From an uncultured Planctomycetia bacterium (GTDB taxonomy: Bacteria; Omnitrophota; Gorgyraeia; 2-02-FULL-51-18), in contig CAZXLF010000003.1 in the NCBI GenBank assembly GCA_964642015.1, positions 36,204-100,203 of the forward strand: DNA of 64,000 nt, written 5' to 3'. The notes under the pieces are model-generated. The model did not search any database, had not been told where the DNA came from, and worked only from the letters and a program-made list of their open reading frames with translations. Positions 17,701-27,714 of this stretch are shown here, one piece after another (position 1 is the first letter of the stretch; every line of letters starts with the position of its first letter). The position numbers were made by a program, and so were the translations under genes.

Positions 17701-18452
17701 AATTTACATTAAAGATCTGGCGCCAGAAAAATAAAGAAGATAAAGGCCAGCTGACCGAGTATCAGGCGGAGAACATAAGCCCCAACATGTCCTTTCTTGA
17801 GATGCTGGACGTCGTGAATGAGGAATTGACCGCAAAAGGCGTCGATCCCATCGCGTTCGATCATGATTGCCGTGAAGGGATTTGCGGAATGTGTTCGCTG
17901 GTGATCAACGGAGTCGCGCACGGGCCCGAACGCGGGACCACGGCCTGTCAGCTTCACATGAGACATTTTAAAGATGGCGATACGATCTTTATTGAGCCAT
18001 GGCGTGCCAAGGCATTCCCTCTTATTAAAGATCTTGTCGTGGACCGCAGCGCGTTTGACCGTATTATTCAGGCCGGAGGTTTTGTTTCGGCCAGCACAGG
18101 CGGCGCGCCGGACGGCAATGCGATTTTGATCTCAAAAGATCAAGCCGAGACCGCGATGGACGCCGCTGCCTGTATCGGCTGCGGAGCGTGTGTCGCGTCG
18201 TGCAAGAATGCTTCGGCGATGTTGTTCGTGGCCGCGAAGGTATCGCAGCTTGCAGAATTGCCGCAAGGACAGATCGAGCGTGAAAAACGCGTCAAGAACA
18301 TGGTACGGCAGATGGATCAAGAAGGTTTTGGAAATTGTATGAACCAATTTGAATGTGAAGCAGTTTGTCCAAAAGAGATCAGCGTTTCTCTGATCGCCAA
18401 AATGAACAGGGAATACATGAAGGCCTTACAGAAAGGAACTCGTCATGAGTGA
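17697..18452 (+). CDS. sdhB: Succinate dehydrogenase/fumarate reductase Fe-S subunit
   Basis: [21 protein letters not shown].....C..VCP. Confidence 0.97.
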   Translation: MKFTLKIWRQKNKEDKGQLTEYQAENISPNMSFLEMLDVVNEELTAKGVDPIAFDHDCREGICGMCSLVINGVAHGPERGTTACQLHMRHFKDGDTIFIEPWRAKAFPLIKDLVVDRSAFDRIIQAGGFVSASTGGAPDGNAILISKDQAETAMDAAACIGCGACVASCKNASAMLFVAAKVSQLAELPQGQIEREKRVKNMVRQMDQEGFGNCMNQFECEAVCPKEISVSLIAKMNREYMKALQKGTRHE

Positions 18453-18870
18453 AGTATTGAGTGAATCTCAAAAAAGACCGGGCATCGTGATCTTTGTCTC
18501 GATCCTGAACTTTTTCTCGGCAGCAACATGGTTTTTTGTGGCGGCCCTGTTCGTGACACTGCTTATTTTTGGCAATGCCGTGAATTTCTACCAAACGCTT
18601 ACAAACCAGCTTCAAGAGCGGTTGGCCAGTCAGAATCTCTCCATCGGTCTTAATGTGATCTTTTCTTTTTTTCTGAGCATTGGTTTGATTTTTGGGATTT
18701 ATCATTTGTTATTGGGATTGGGGTTATTAAAAGCAAAAGGCGCGGCTTGGTACGTGCAGGTTGTGACAGCTATTTTTGGTCTCATTCTGCTTCCGTACGG
18801 CACGATCCTCAGCGTCCTGATTTTGATCTTTTTCTTTCAGGCCAATGTCAGGAATTATTTCAAGGTATAA
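18445..18870 (+). CDS. Hypothetical membrane protein
   Basis: RPG..I start, 3-4 TM segments, VRNYF end; overlaps sdhB. Confidence 0.75.
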   Translation: MSEVLSESQKRPGIVIFVSILNFFSAATWFFVAALFVTLLIFGNAVNFYQTLTNQLQERLASQNLSIGLNVIFSFFLSIGLIFGIYHLLLGLGLLKAKGAAWYVQVVTAIFGLILLPYGTILSVLILIFFFQANVRNYFKV

Positions 18871-18873
18871 CGT

Positions 18874-19719
18874 ATGCCGTTAGTCAAAGCCAAAATTCGC
18901 GTCGGCCACAGCCCGGATCCGGATGACGCGTTCATGTTCTACGCGATCGCGCATGACAAAATAAAAACCGACGGCATCTCTTTCTCGCACGTGATTGAAG
19001 ACATTGAAAGTCTCAATAAACGTGCGTTTAGATCAGAGCTCGAGGTGACGGCTGTTTCGGCTTATACTTTTTTTCAGATCGCTGATAAATACGCGCTAAT
19101 GCCGTGCGGAGCAAGCATCGGTGATAATTACGGCCCGATCCTTGTTTCAACGAAATCTGTCTACGCAAAAGATTTGGAAGGAAAAAAGATCGCGGTGCCA
19201 GGCATCAACACGACCGCTTATTTAGCGCTACGTCTTTTTTTACCTAACTTTAAGGAGTTCGTGGTCCCATTTGATCAGATATTGGACGTGGTTAAAAAAG
19301 GAGAAGCCGATGCGGGCCTTATCATTCATGAAGGCCAGTTGACTTATGAAAAATTGGGATTCCACAAAGTCGCCGATCTCGGTGAATGGTTCTATGAGAT
19401 GACGAAACTTCCGTTGCCTCTCGGAGTCGATGTGATCCGCAAGAATTTGGGCCGCGATGTGATGCGTAAAGTGACAAAGCTTCTCAAGAACAGCATCGAG
19501 TACGGGCTGAAGAATAGGACCGATGCGCTGACATATGCGATGAAGTTCGGCCGGGGCATCCCGACCGATACGGCTGATCGTTTTGTCGGCATGTACGTCA
19601 ACGATTACACGGTTGATATGGGCAGGAAAGGAAAAGAGGGGCTGCTGACGCTTCAGCGCGCCGCCATTGATTACGGCATCCTTAAGAAATCTCCCAAAAT
19701 AGATTTTGTGGAAATGTGA
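18874..19719 (+). CDS. mqnD: 1,4-dihydroxy-6-naphthoate synthase (futalosine menaquinone pathway)
   Basis: GHSPDPDDAFMFY, GLIIHEG, PLPLG, MYVND. Confidence 0.9.
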   Translation: MPLVKAKIRVGHSPDPDDAFMFYAIAHDKIKTDGISFSHVIEDIESLNKRAFRSELEVTAVSAYTFFQIADKYALMPCGASIGDNYGPILVSTKSVYAKDLEGKKIAVPGINTTAYLALRLFLPNFKEFVVPFDQILDVVKKGEADAGLIIHEGQLTYEKLGFHKVADLGEWFYEMTKLPLPLGVDVIRKNLGRDVMRKVTKLLKNSIEYGLKNRTDALTYAMKFGRGIPTDTADRFVGMYVNDYTVDMGRKGKEGLLTLQRAAIDYGILKKSPKIDFVEM

Positions 19720-21551
19720 TCATGGCAAAAAAGAAACCGCACGGTCAATCCGCAAGTTTTGTCCAAAAATCTTCCGGTTGGATCCGTAAATCAAAAGGGA
19801 TTGACGCGAATCTGAAAGATTATTTTAAAACATACAAAAGTTTTTCATGGAAAAGCGTCGAAAAAGAATTTGATTGGCATAAAACAAAGAAAGTTAATAT
19901 CGTTCATGAGATGATCGACCGTCATGCCGCGGGTCCTCTCAAGAACAAGGTGGCGCTGTATTTTTGGGATCCCACAAAAACCACGGGCCATCCTCACGGA
20001 AGGGACGAGAAATACACGTTCCTTGATCTAAAAAAAGAATCCAGCAAATTCGGCAACGTCTTAAAAAAATTCAAGATCAAAAAAGGCGACAGGATCGCGG
20101 TTTATCTGCCCCGGACCCCGGAGCTTTATATCGCTATTTTGGGGATTCATCGTATCGGCGCGATACCGGTGCCTCTTTTTGAAGCGTTCATGGAGACGGC
20201 AGTGGAAGACCGGTTATCCGATAGCGGTGCCATTGCTATTGTGACTACACCCGAGCTTAAGACAAGAGTGCCGTTCCAAAAGCTGCCTAAATTACAGCAT
20301 CTTTTTCTAGTCACGGAAAAAAAGTTGGCAGCCGCGGCACAGGAAAACGGCATTGAGGAGATGGCCAGTTTAAAAATTCACCAGCATTTTTATCATGATG
20401 AAATGCAATCCGCTGGATCCAGGCTTTCACCTGAATGGTTAAGCTTGAATGACGGGCTTGTGATCCATTACACATCAGGTTCTACCGGCAGGTCCAAAGG
20501 TGTTCTTCATCGTCAATACGCGATGGTCGGACATTATCAGACGGCCAAATGGGCGCTGGACCTGAGGGATGATGATATTTATTGGTGCACGGCCGATCCG
20601 GGCTGGGTGACCGGAACTTCTTACGGAATTTATGGGCCGTGGACGCTTGGTATATCCAGTGTTGTGGTCGGAGGCCGTTTTTCAGCAGAACGCTGGTATC
20701 AGGCGATAGAAAAATATGAAGTAACGATGTGGTACAGTGCGCCGACCGCTTTTAGATTGCTGATGTCCCAAGGAGAAGAGATCGCAAAGAAATACAATTT
20801 GAAAAGTATCCGCCACATATGCTCCGTAGGCGAACCGTTGAATCCGGAGGCGCTCCGATGGATCCGCAAGCTTACCAGTATCGCTCCGCATGAAACCTGG
20901 TGGATGACCGAGACCGGCATGCAGATCATCTGCAATTATCGCAGCCTTGATTTTAAGATTGGCGTGACCGGCAGACCTTTTCCTGGCACTTACGCTTCTG
21001 TGGTCGATGATCACGGCAAAGAAGTGCCGGCAAATACACTGGGACATCTTGTTGTCAGAACGGGCTGGCCTTCCATGATGAAGGCGATATGGAATAATAA
21101 ACAAAAATTCGATGAATACTTCCGTTTTAAGGGATGGTATTTAAGCGGTGACACCGCCTACAAAGATAAAGATGGTTTCATTTGGTTCGCCGGCCGCGCG
21201 GACGATGTGATCAAGACTGCCGGTGAGCGTGTGGGTCCCTTTGAAGTCGAAAGTGCTTTGGTCCAGCATCCGGCAGTGGCGGAAGCGGGCGTGATCGGAA
21301 AACCCGATGAGATCCGAGGCCAGATCATCAAAGCCTTTATCAGTTTAAGGTCGGGGTTTTCCGCTAGCGATCAACTCAAAAAAGAAATAGCCGAATTTGT
21401 AAAAAAGAATCTGGCAGCTCACGCAGCGCCTAGAGAGATAGAGTTCTGCGAACGCGTTCCCAAAACCCGTTCCGGCAAGATCATGCGGAGAGTTCTCAGG
21501 GCCTGGGACCAGGGTGAGCCTGTCGGCGACATTAGCACGATGGAAGAATGA
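19716..21551 (+). CDS. acsA: Acetate--CoA ligase (AMP-forming)
   Basis: YTSGSTG..KG, WCTADPGWVTGT, SVGEPLNP, TWWMTETG, PKTRSGKIMRR. Confidence 0.93.
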   Translation: MIMAKKKPHGQSASFVQKSSGWIRKSKGIDANLKDYFKTYKSFSWKSVEKEFDWHKTKKVNIVHEMIDRHAAGPLKNKVALYFWDPTKTTGHPHGRDEKYTFLDLKKESSKFGNVLKKFKIKKGDRIAVYLPRTPELYIAILGIHRIGAIPVPLFEAFMETAVEDRLSDSGAIAIVTTPELKTRVPFQKLPKLQHLFLVTEKKLAAAAQENGIEEMASLKIHQHFYHDEMQSAGSRLSPEWLSLNDGLVIHYTSGSTGRSKGVLHRQYAMVGHYQTAKWALDLRDDDIYWCTADPGWVTGTSYGIYGPWTLGISSVVVGGRFSAERWYQAIEKYEVTMWYSAPTAFRLLMSQGEEIAKKYNLKSIRHICSVGEPLNPEALRWIRKLTSIAPHETWWMTETGMQIICNYRSLDFKIGVTGRPFPGTYASVVDDHGKEVPANTLGHLVVRTGWPSMMKAIWNNKQKFDEYFRFKGWYLSGDTAYKDKDGFIWFAGRADDVIKTAGERVGPFEVESALVQHPAVAEAGVIGKPDEIRGQIIKAFISLRSGFSASDQLKKEIAEFVKKNLAAHAAPREIEFCERVPKTRSGKIMRRVLRAWDQGEPVGDISTMEE

Positions 21552-21561
21552 AAGGGGAATC

Positions 21562-21816
21562 ATGTTCGAGAATATGAAAGGAATGATGGAGCAATTTCAA
21601 ATGATGCAGAAGCTTATGGCTGATGAAAATTTCAAGGCTTTTATTTCTCATCCCAAAGTCCAGGAAGTTTTCAGGGACCCTGAATTCAAAGAAGTCGCAA
21701 AGACCAAAGATTTTGCAAAGATACTTTCCAATCCAAAATTTGCTTCGCTGATGCAGGACCCCGAACTTGCAAGTTTAATGGCGAAAATAGATCTGAAAAA
21801 ATTTGTTTCCGGTTGA
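21562..21816 (+). CDS. Small STI1/DP-repeat helical protein
   Basis: DPEF, NPKF and DPEL repeats, Met-rich; AAGGGG RBS before ATG 21562. Confidence 0.7.
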   Translation: MFENMKGMMEQFQMMQKLMADENFKAFISHPKVQEVFRDPEFKEVAKTKDFAKILSNPKFASLMQDPELASLMAKIDLKKFVSG

Positions 21817-21832
21817 ACCGATTAGAAAACGC

Positions 21833-22564
21833 ATGATGATTAAAAAAACGACCACTATTCCTTTAGCGGCTCTCTTCTTATGCCTATTTTGTGTGATTGC
21901 GCTAGCCGGCAATCTGCACGATGAGTGGAAAGATAGCGATGGTGATGGCCGTAAAGAAACCCACATTTTCTATGATGGAGACCAAATAACCGAGATCCAA
22001 ATAGACAAAAATGGGGACGGTAAGCCGGATCAATGGATCCATTTCAAGAACGGCAAGAAATTCACCGCGGAGATAGATACGAATTTTGACGGCAAAGTTG
22101 ACAAGTGGCTCATTTATGATGCTGAGGAAAAGGTTAAGTACGTTGCCAAGGATACGAATCATGACGGCAAGCCTGATCAATGGACGAACATGCTGAAAGG
22201 ACGCAATTTGATCCTCAAGGAATCGGATCGTAACTTTGACGGGAAAATTGATCAAAGAACCCTGCTCCAATGGAATCAGGACAAAAAGCTCCCGGTGGTC
22301 AATAACGGGAGAGTGAGTTATGTTCCAAATCCTGGTTATACTTGGATCTGGAAAGAAGAGGACAATAATTTTGACGGAAAAATCGACGCGTATCTCGTTC
22401 GCGGTAATAACAACCCGCCCAAGGACCGGATCGGCCAGGAAATGAACCCTTTGCCCACAAGGTCTGAAGAGCAAAACAATCCTGATGATAAAAATAAAGA
22501 AAAGACGCCTAGCCGTACGCAAAGGTTGGTGGATAATTTGAATGAGAAATACGGATTAAAATAA
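21833..22564 (+). CDS. Exported protein with six DxN/DxDG[KR] Ca-binding-like repeats
   Basis: Signal peptide; DSDGDGR, DKNGDGK, DTNFDGK, DTNHDGK, DRNFDGK, DNNFDGK. Confidence 0.75.
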   Translation: MMIKKTTTIPLAALFLCLFCVIALAGNLHDEWKDSDGDGRKETHIFYDGDQITEIQIDKNGDGKPDQWIHFKNGKKFTAEIDTNFDGKVDKWLIYDAEEKVKYVAKDTNHDGKPDQWTNMLKGRNLILKESDRNFDGKIDQRTLLQWNQDKKLPVVNNGRVSYVPNPGYTWIWKEEDNNFDGKIDAYLVRGNNNPPKDRIGQEMNPLPTRSEEQNNPDDKNKEKTPSRTQRLVDNLNEKYGLK

Positions 22565-22565
22565 A

Positions 22566-23477
22566 ATGAAGGTTGTTGCCTGCGGTGCGAGCGGCTTGAT
22601 CGGGAAGTCTTTAACAGAGATGCTCGCACAAAAATATGAACTTGTTTGCCTTCGCCGTAAGCTTGCTCCAGCCCAATCAGATTATTCAGTAAGAGAAGTG
22701 TTGTGGAATCCTCCGTACTTAGCGGATGGCTGGGTGAAAGAGATTGACGGAGCTTATGCGGTGATTAATCTTTCCGGCGAACCTATCGTTGCCAAACGCT
22801 GGACCGCCAAACAAAAAAGCATCCTAAGAACGAGTCGTTTGAATACCACAAAAGCTATTGTTTCGTCCATATCCCAGGTTAAGACAAAACCGAAAGTTTT
22901 GATCAATGCATCCGCGGTGGGTTATTACGGGTCGAGCGGAGATGTTTTCCTCAATGAGATGTCGCCCGCAGGCCAGGATTATCTTTCAGAGCTTTGCGGT
23001 GAATGGGAATCAGAAGCCTTAAAAGCAAAAATGTTCGGCGTGCGCGTTGTTTTATTGCGGACCGGGATCGTTCTTTCTGGTAAAGGCGGCGCGCTATCGA
23101 AGATGCTTCCGCCGTTCAAAATGGGTATCGGCGGACCCTTGGGAAATGGAAGGCAATTTATGAGTTGGATCCATATCGATGATGAGGTTAACGCGATTCT
23201 GAAAACGCTGGAAGATGTTTCTATTGAAGGGCCCGTGAATTTAACTTCGCCCCAGCCTGCGACGATGAAGGAATTCGCCAAAACTTTGGGAGAAATTTTA
23301 AGGCGCCCTTCAGCGTTCCCTGTGCCAGGAGTTGTTTTAAAAATAATTTTGGGTGAGATGTCCGATATGCTTCTTACAGGCCAAAAAGTCATGCCGGACG
23401 TATTATCAAAGTCTGGGTTCCGGTTTAAATATCCTGTTTTGAAGGACGCTCTGAAAGACTTGCTTTCGACTAAATAG
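22566..23477 (+). CDS. TIGR01777-type NAD-dependent epimerase family protein (YfcH-like)
   Basis: GASGLIG, INLSGEPI..KRW, ASAVGYYG, SWIHIDD. Confidence 0.9.
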   Translation: MKVVACGASGLIGKSLTEMLAQKYELVCLRRKLAPAQSDYSVREVLWNPPYLADGWVKEIDGAYAVINLSGEPIVAKRWTAKQKSILRTSRLNTTKAIVSSISQVKTKPKVLINASAVGYYGSSGDVFLNEMSPAGQDYLSELCGEWESEALKAKMFGVRVVLLRTGIVLSGKGGALSKMLPPFKMGIGGPLGNGRQFMSWIHIDDEVNAILKTLEDVSIEGPVNLTSPQPATMKEFAKTLGEILRRPSAFPVPGVVLKIILGEMSDMLLTGQKVMPDVLSKSGFRFKYPVLKDALKDLLSTK

Positions 23478-23479
23478 AC

Positions 23480-23508
23480 TTGACATTTAGTTTCGTGAGT
23501 GCTAAAAT
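23480..23508 (+). promoter_or_regulatory. Sigma70 promoter of rplM-rpsI
   Basis: TTGACA-17nt-TAAAAT with extended TG. Confidence 0.85.
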
Positions 23509-23529
23509 CCTTTCCCTTTAAGGAGAGAT

Positions 23530-23997
23530 ATGTCCACTTTTTTTGTAAAACCAGCAGATGTTAAAGAAAAGCAGTGGCAGGTGATCGATGCCCAAGGGCA
23601 GGTTGTCGGTCGTTTGGCGGCAAGAATTTCCCGCATATTGAGCGGCAAGACGAAAACTGATTATACGCCAAGCGTGGAAACAGGCGATGGCGTCATTGTG
23701 GTCAACGCCAAAGATGTGATTGTTACCGGCTCCAAAGCCAAAACAAAGATCTATAAATCATTTTCGGGTTTTCCCGGCGGACAAACGGAAAGGACCTTTG
23801 AGCGTGTCATGTCTGAGGATCCGACTTTTGCGATCAAGCATGCCGTCAAAGGAATGCTGCCTAAATCTAGACTTGGCAAGAGAATGATCACGCGGCTTCT
23901 GGTTTATCCGGGCGCGGAACATCCTCACGCGGCTCAAGTCCACGCAAAATCATCCAAGAAATCTTCAAGCGCACAAGCGAAAAAGGAAAAGAAGTAA
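23530..23997 (+). CDS. rplM: 50S ribosomal protein L13
   Basis: IDA.GQVVGRLA, AVKGMLPK, HPHAAQ. Confidence 0.97.
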   Translation: MSTFFVKPADVKEKQWQVIDAQGQVVGRLAARISRILSGKTKTDYTPSVETGDGVIVVNAKDVIVTGSKAKTKIYKSFSGFPGGQTERTFERVMSEDPTFAIKHAVKGMLPKSRLGKRMITRLLVYPGAEHPHAAQVHAKSSKKSSSAQAKKEKK

Positions 23998-24414
23998 ATG
24001 TCTTCAACTGATACATTGAAAGCTCCCGAAGCTAAAGATCTGGGAACCGGAAGAAGGAAGGAAGCTACGGCGAGAGTGCAGCTTTTTAAAGGTTCAGGTG
24101 TTATCCAGGTCAACAAAAAAGATATCAAAAAATATTTTGGACGGCCAACATTGCAAATGATCGTAAGGCAACCTCTGGAAGCTATGCAACTCAATGACAA
24201 AGTGGACGTGATCGCCAATGTTCGCGGCGGCGGTCTTGCCGGTCAGGCAGGCGCGGTTCGTCATGCAATCTCCAGAGCCCTCATAAAATTCGACGAGACA
24301 CTCAAGCCTCTCCTGCGTCGCGGGGACTATTTAACGCGTGACCCGCGCATGAAGGAGCGTAAGAAGTACGGGCGCAAGGGCGCAAGGCGCAGGTTCCAAT
24401 TCTCGAAGAGATAG
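23998..24414 (+). CDS. rpsI: 30S ribosomal protein S9
   Basis: [34 protein letters not shown]. Confidence 0.98.
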   Translation: MSSTDTLKAPEAKDLGTGRRKEATARVQLFKGSGVIQVNKKDIKKYFGRPTLQMIVRQPLEAMQLNDKVDVIANVRGGGLAGQAGAVRHAISRALIKFDETLKPLLRRGDYLTRDPRMKERKKYGRKGARRRFQFSKR

Positions 24415-24465
24415 TGTCAATTTCCGAATAAGCCAGTTTTCAATAATTTACATAACTCTAAGAGT

Positions 24466-24500
24466 AGCCGAGCCTTACGCTCGGCTTTATTATTTATTTT
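24466..24500 (+). terminator. Rho-independent terminator of rplM-rpsI
   Basis: AGCCGAGC-CTTAC-GCTCGGCT plus T-rich tail. Confidence 0.8.
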
Positions 24501-24529
24501 TTGACAGAAACTAAAATCGTCTCTATAAT
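24501..24529 (+). promoter_or_regulatory. Consensus sigma70 promoter of the arg operon
   Basis: TTGACA-17nt-TATAAT. Confidence 0.9.
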
Positions 24530-24571
24530 ATTGAGTTTATTTCGCTTACGTCAATAAAACAAGGCAGTGAA

Positions 24572-25600
24572 ATGACAAAAAGAATAAACGTCGGAGTAGT
24601 GGGAGCAACCGGCTACACCGGCGAAGAATTGGTTCGGATCCTTGCGGATCATCCGCATATCAAGCTAACATATCTTTCAGGCAAAGAAGACCGAGAAGTT
24701 AAGATCCAGGATATTTTTCCTTACCTTCATCACAAGCTCGATCTGGAGTGCCGGACGTTCTCGCCCGGCGAGGCCTCCGAAAAATGTGATCTTGTTTTTC
24801 TTTCGCTTCCTCATACCGTTTCTATGCAAACGGCTCCGAATTTATTGAAGGCAAAAAAGAAGGTGATCGACATCAGCGCGGATTACCGGTTAAAAGATGA
24901 AGCGGTCTACGAAAAATTTTACAAGGTTCAGCATCGCGATACAGCGAATTTAAAACACGCGGTCTACGGCTTGCCTGAGATCAATCGGGAGAAAATATCC
25001 GACGCCGATCTCGTTGCGAACCCCGGCTGTTATCCGACAGGTGCTATTCTCGGACTTTTACCGGGAATAAAGAAAAGCCTGTTTAACCTCGAGACGATAC
25101 AGATCGATGCCAAAAGCGGCGTGACAGGCGCTGGCCGTAAAGCCGATAAAGCTCTGAACTTTTCCGAGGTGAATGAATCGTTCAAGGCTTACAAGCTTTT
25201 TGAACATCAGCATGTGCCCGAGATTGACCAGGAAATATCCAAGACCGCAAAAGAGAATGTGGAAGTGGTTTTTGTGCCGCATCTTTTGCCGATCAATCGC
25301 GGTATTCTGAGCACGATTTATGTAAAACTGAAGAAAAAATTGACAACCAAGGAACTGATCGCTGTATATACGGATTTTTATTCAAAAGAGCCGTTCGTGA
25401 AAGTCTATGAAAATGGCTTATTGCCAGAAATTAAAAATGTGGCGCACACTAATTTTTGCGATATCGGCCTGAGGGTGAATGAATCTAAAAGCATGGCTGT
25501 GATCGTTACGGCAATAGATAACCTGGGAAAAGGCGCGGCCGGGCAAGCAGTGCAAAACATGAACATCATGTGCGGTTTTGACGAAAGAGAAGGTTTTTAG
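24572..25600 (+). CDS. argC: N-acetyl-gamma-glutamyl-phosphate reductase
   Basis: GATGYTG, ANPGCYPT, DNLGKGAAGQAVQNMN. Confidence 0.97.
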   Translation: MTKRINVGVVGATGYTGEELVRILADHPHIKLTYLSGKEDREVKIQDIFPYLHHKLDLECRTFSPGEASEKCDLVFLSLPHTVSMQTAPNLLKAKKKVIDISADYRLKDEAVYEKFYKVQHRDTANLKHAVYGLPEINREKISDADLVANPGCYPTGAILGLLPGIKKSLFNLETIQIDAKSGVTGAGRKADKALNFSEVNESFKAYKLFEHQHVPEIDQEISKTAKENVEVVFVPHLLPINRGILSTIYVKLKKKLTTKELIAVYTDFYSKEPFVKVYENGLLPEIKNVAHTNFCDIGLRVNESKSMAVIVTAIDNLGKGAAGQAVQNMNIMCGFDEREGF

Positions 25601-25602
25601 GG

Positions 25603-26826
25603 ATGAAAATGATCCGCGGCGGCGTGACCGCTCCGATCGGTTTTAAAGCGAACGGCCTTTTTTGTGGCATCAAGAAGTCTAAGAAAAGAGATTTGGCACT
25701 TGTGGTGTCCGAAAAGCTTTGCGATGCGGCGGGGGTTTTTACGACTAATAAAGTGCAAGCATCCTGTGTGGTGATCAACAAAGAGCATTTGAAGGATTCC
25801 AAGGCGCAAGCGATCATCGCTAATTCGGGCAATGCCAATTGCATGACCGGCAAAAGCGGGTTTGATAACTCAAGAGCCATGGCTGTGCAGACAGCCAGGC
25901 TTTTGAAGATCAATAAAAAAAATGTTCTGGTGGCTTCTACCGGAGTGATCGGCAAACCGCTTCCGATCAAAAAAATAACAGCTTCCTTGCCTGAGCTCGT
26001 GAAAGGTCTAAGCAAAAAAGGCAGCGAGTATGCAGCCGCCGGTATCTTGACCACAGACCGGATGGTCAAAGAATTGGCTGTTGAATTTCAGATCGGCCGG
26101 AGACGTGTCAGAGTCGGAGCGATAGCGAAAGGCGCCGGCATGATCCACCCGCATATGGCGCTGCATACACCGAAACATGCGACAATGCTTTGTTTTGTAA
26201 CAACCGATGCGGTCATTACACCGACAGCGCTTCGCGATGCGTTGGACAAAGCTGCATCGAAGACGTTTAACACGATCACCATAGACGGTGACATGTCCAC
26301 AAATGATATGGTGGTCGTTCTTGCGAACGGCATGGCTCAGAACAAAAAGATCGCGGAGAAAACCAAAGAATTCAGGATATTTTTGAAAGCACTTGAAACG
26401 ATATTCCTGGCATTGGCTAAACAAATGGTACGTGATGCCGAAGGTGCGACAAAATTTGTCGAAGTTTCCGTCAAACATGCTCAGACACTTGAGGATGCAA
26501 GGAATATTGCAAAATCTGTGGCAAAATCCAGTTTAGTCAAGTGCGCTTTGTTCGGTTGCGACCCGAATTGGGGGAGAATTGCAGCAGCGGCTGGTTATGC
26601 CAATGCCCATGTGGATCCGTGGAAGATGCATATTTATTTAGGCAAAGAGCTTGTTTTGAAAAATGGCGGGCGCGTTAAACAGAGCACGGCGGCTCTTAAC
26701 CGGGTATTTGCTCAGAAAAATATCAAGATCACGGTGGACATTGGCCTTGGTAAATATGGCGCAACTGCCTACACCTGTGATTTTTCTACAGGTTATGTGC
26801 GGATTAATTCTGCGTACCGGACCTGA
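25603..26826 (+). CDS. argJ: Ornithine acetyltransferase ArgJ
   Basis: NSGNANC, KGAGMIHP, ATML, DMSTND, DPNWGRI. Confidence 0.97.
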   Translation: MKMIRGGVTAPIGFKANGLFCGIKKSKKRDLALVVSEKLCDAAGVFTTNKVQASCVVINKEHLKDSKAQAIIANSGNANCMTGKSGFDNSRAMAVQTARLLKINKKNVLVASTGVIGKPLPIKKITASLPELVKGLSKKGSEYAAAGILTTDRMVKELAVEFQIGRRRVRVGAIAKGAGMIHPHMALHTPKHATMLCFVTTDAVITPTALRDALDKAASKTFNTITIDGDMSTNDMVVVLANGMAQNKKIAEKTKEFRIFLKALETIFLALAKQMVRDAEGATKFVEVSVKHAQTLEDARNIAKSVAKSSLVKCALFGCDPNWGRIAAAAGYANAHVDPWKMHIYLGKELVLKNGGRVKQSTAALNRVFAQKNIKITVDIGLGKYGATAYTCDFSTGYVRINSAYRT

Positions 26827-26850
26827 TCTGGGCAAGTCGGAGGATTTGAA

Positions 26851-27714
26851 ATGGAAGAGATGATCAAAAAGGCGGATGTGCTGATCGAGGCATTGCCTTA
26901 TATCCAGAGCTTTTACGATAAGACGATTGTGATCAAGTACGGCGGCGCGGCCATGACTGATCCGGTGATCCGTCGCGAGGTGCTTGAAGATATCGTTTTC
27001 ATGAGCTATGTGGGCATGAGGCCGCTTTTAGTTCATGGCGGAGGACCTTTTATTTCCAAAAGACTTGAGGAAATGAACAAAGAGGTCAAGTTCGTCAAGG
27101 GTTATCGCGTGACCGATGAGGAAACCATGGAGGTTGTCGAAGAAGAGCTTACCAAGATCAATCGCGAAATCGTGCGGGAAATAATTTCTCTTGGAGGAAG
27201 CGCAATTTCTTTGAGCGGGAACGAAGATCATTTAATCGAGGTTAAAAAGCATCCCGATGTTGACGGACAGGATATTGGATTTGTCGGTGAGATCACAAAA
27301 ATAAACGGCGATGTGATTCAGCGAATGCTGACAAGCGATATCATTCCCGTGATATCGCCGATCGGGATTGGCAAGGACAATTTTACTTACAATGTGAATG
27401 CCGATCAGGCTGCGGCCGAGATTGCCAGAAGCTTGAGAGCTCAAAAACTTGTGTTGTTGACCAATGTGCGCGGCGTCATGACTGATCAATCGAATCCCGA
27501 AACTTTGTTGACTCATGCTTCCGAAGAAGATATTGAAGCGATGATAAAATCAAAAGTAGTGAGCGGTGGGATGATCCCTAAAGTCAGAGCGTGCCTCAGG
27601 GCACTTGATCGCGGTGTCAAAAAAACACACATTATCGACGGAAAGATCCCTCATGGGATCTTGTTGGAAATTTTTACTGACAAAGGTATTGGCACTGAAA
27701 TAGTGAAGCGCTAA
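26851..27714 (+). CDS. argB: Acetylglutamate kinase
   Basis: EALPYI, IKYGG, VHGGGP, NVNAD, GGMIPKV. Confidence 0.97.
   Translation: MEEMIKKADVLIEALPYIQSFYDKTIVIKYGGAAMTDPVIRREVLEDIVFMSYVGMRPLLVHGGGPFISKRLEEMNKEVKFVKGYRVTDEETMEVVEEELTKINREIVREIISLGGSAISLSGNEDHLIEVKKHPDVDGQDIGFVGEITKINGDVIQRMLTSDIIPVISPIGIGKDNFTYNVNADQAAAEIARSLRAQKLVLLTNVRGVMTDQSNPETLLTHASEEDIEAMIKSKVVSGGMIPKVRACLRALDRGVKKTHIIDGKIPHGILLEIFTDKGIGTEIVKR

Noticed and set aside
21902-22522. Long antisense ORFs (this one, 51859..52464, 25566..26069 and similar)
   Set aside because: Shadow frames opposite well-supported genes.
24524-24560. Possible ArgR box at the argC promoter
   Set aside because: The AT-rich sequence does not fit the TGAAT-N4-ATTCA spacing.
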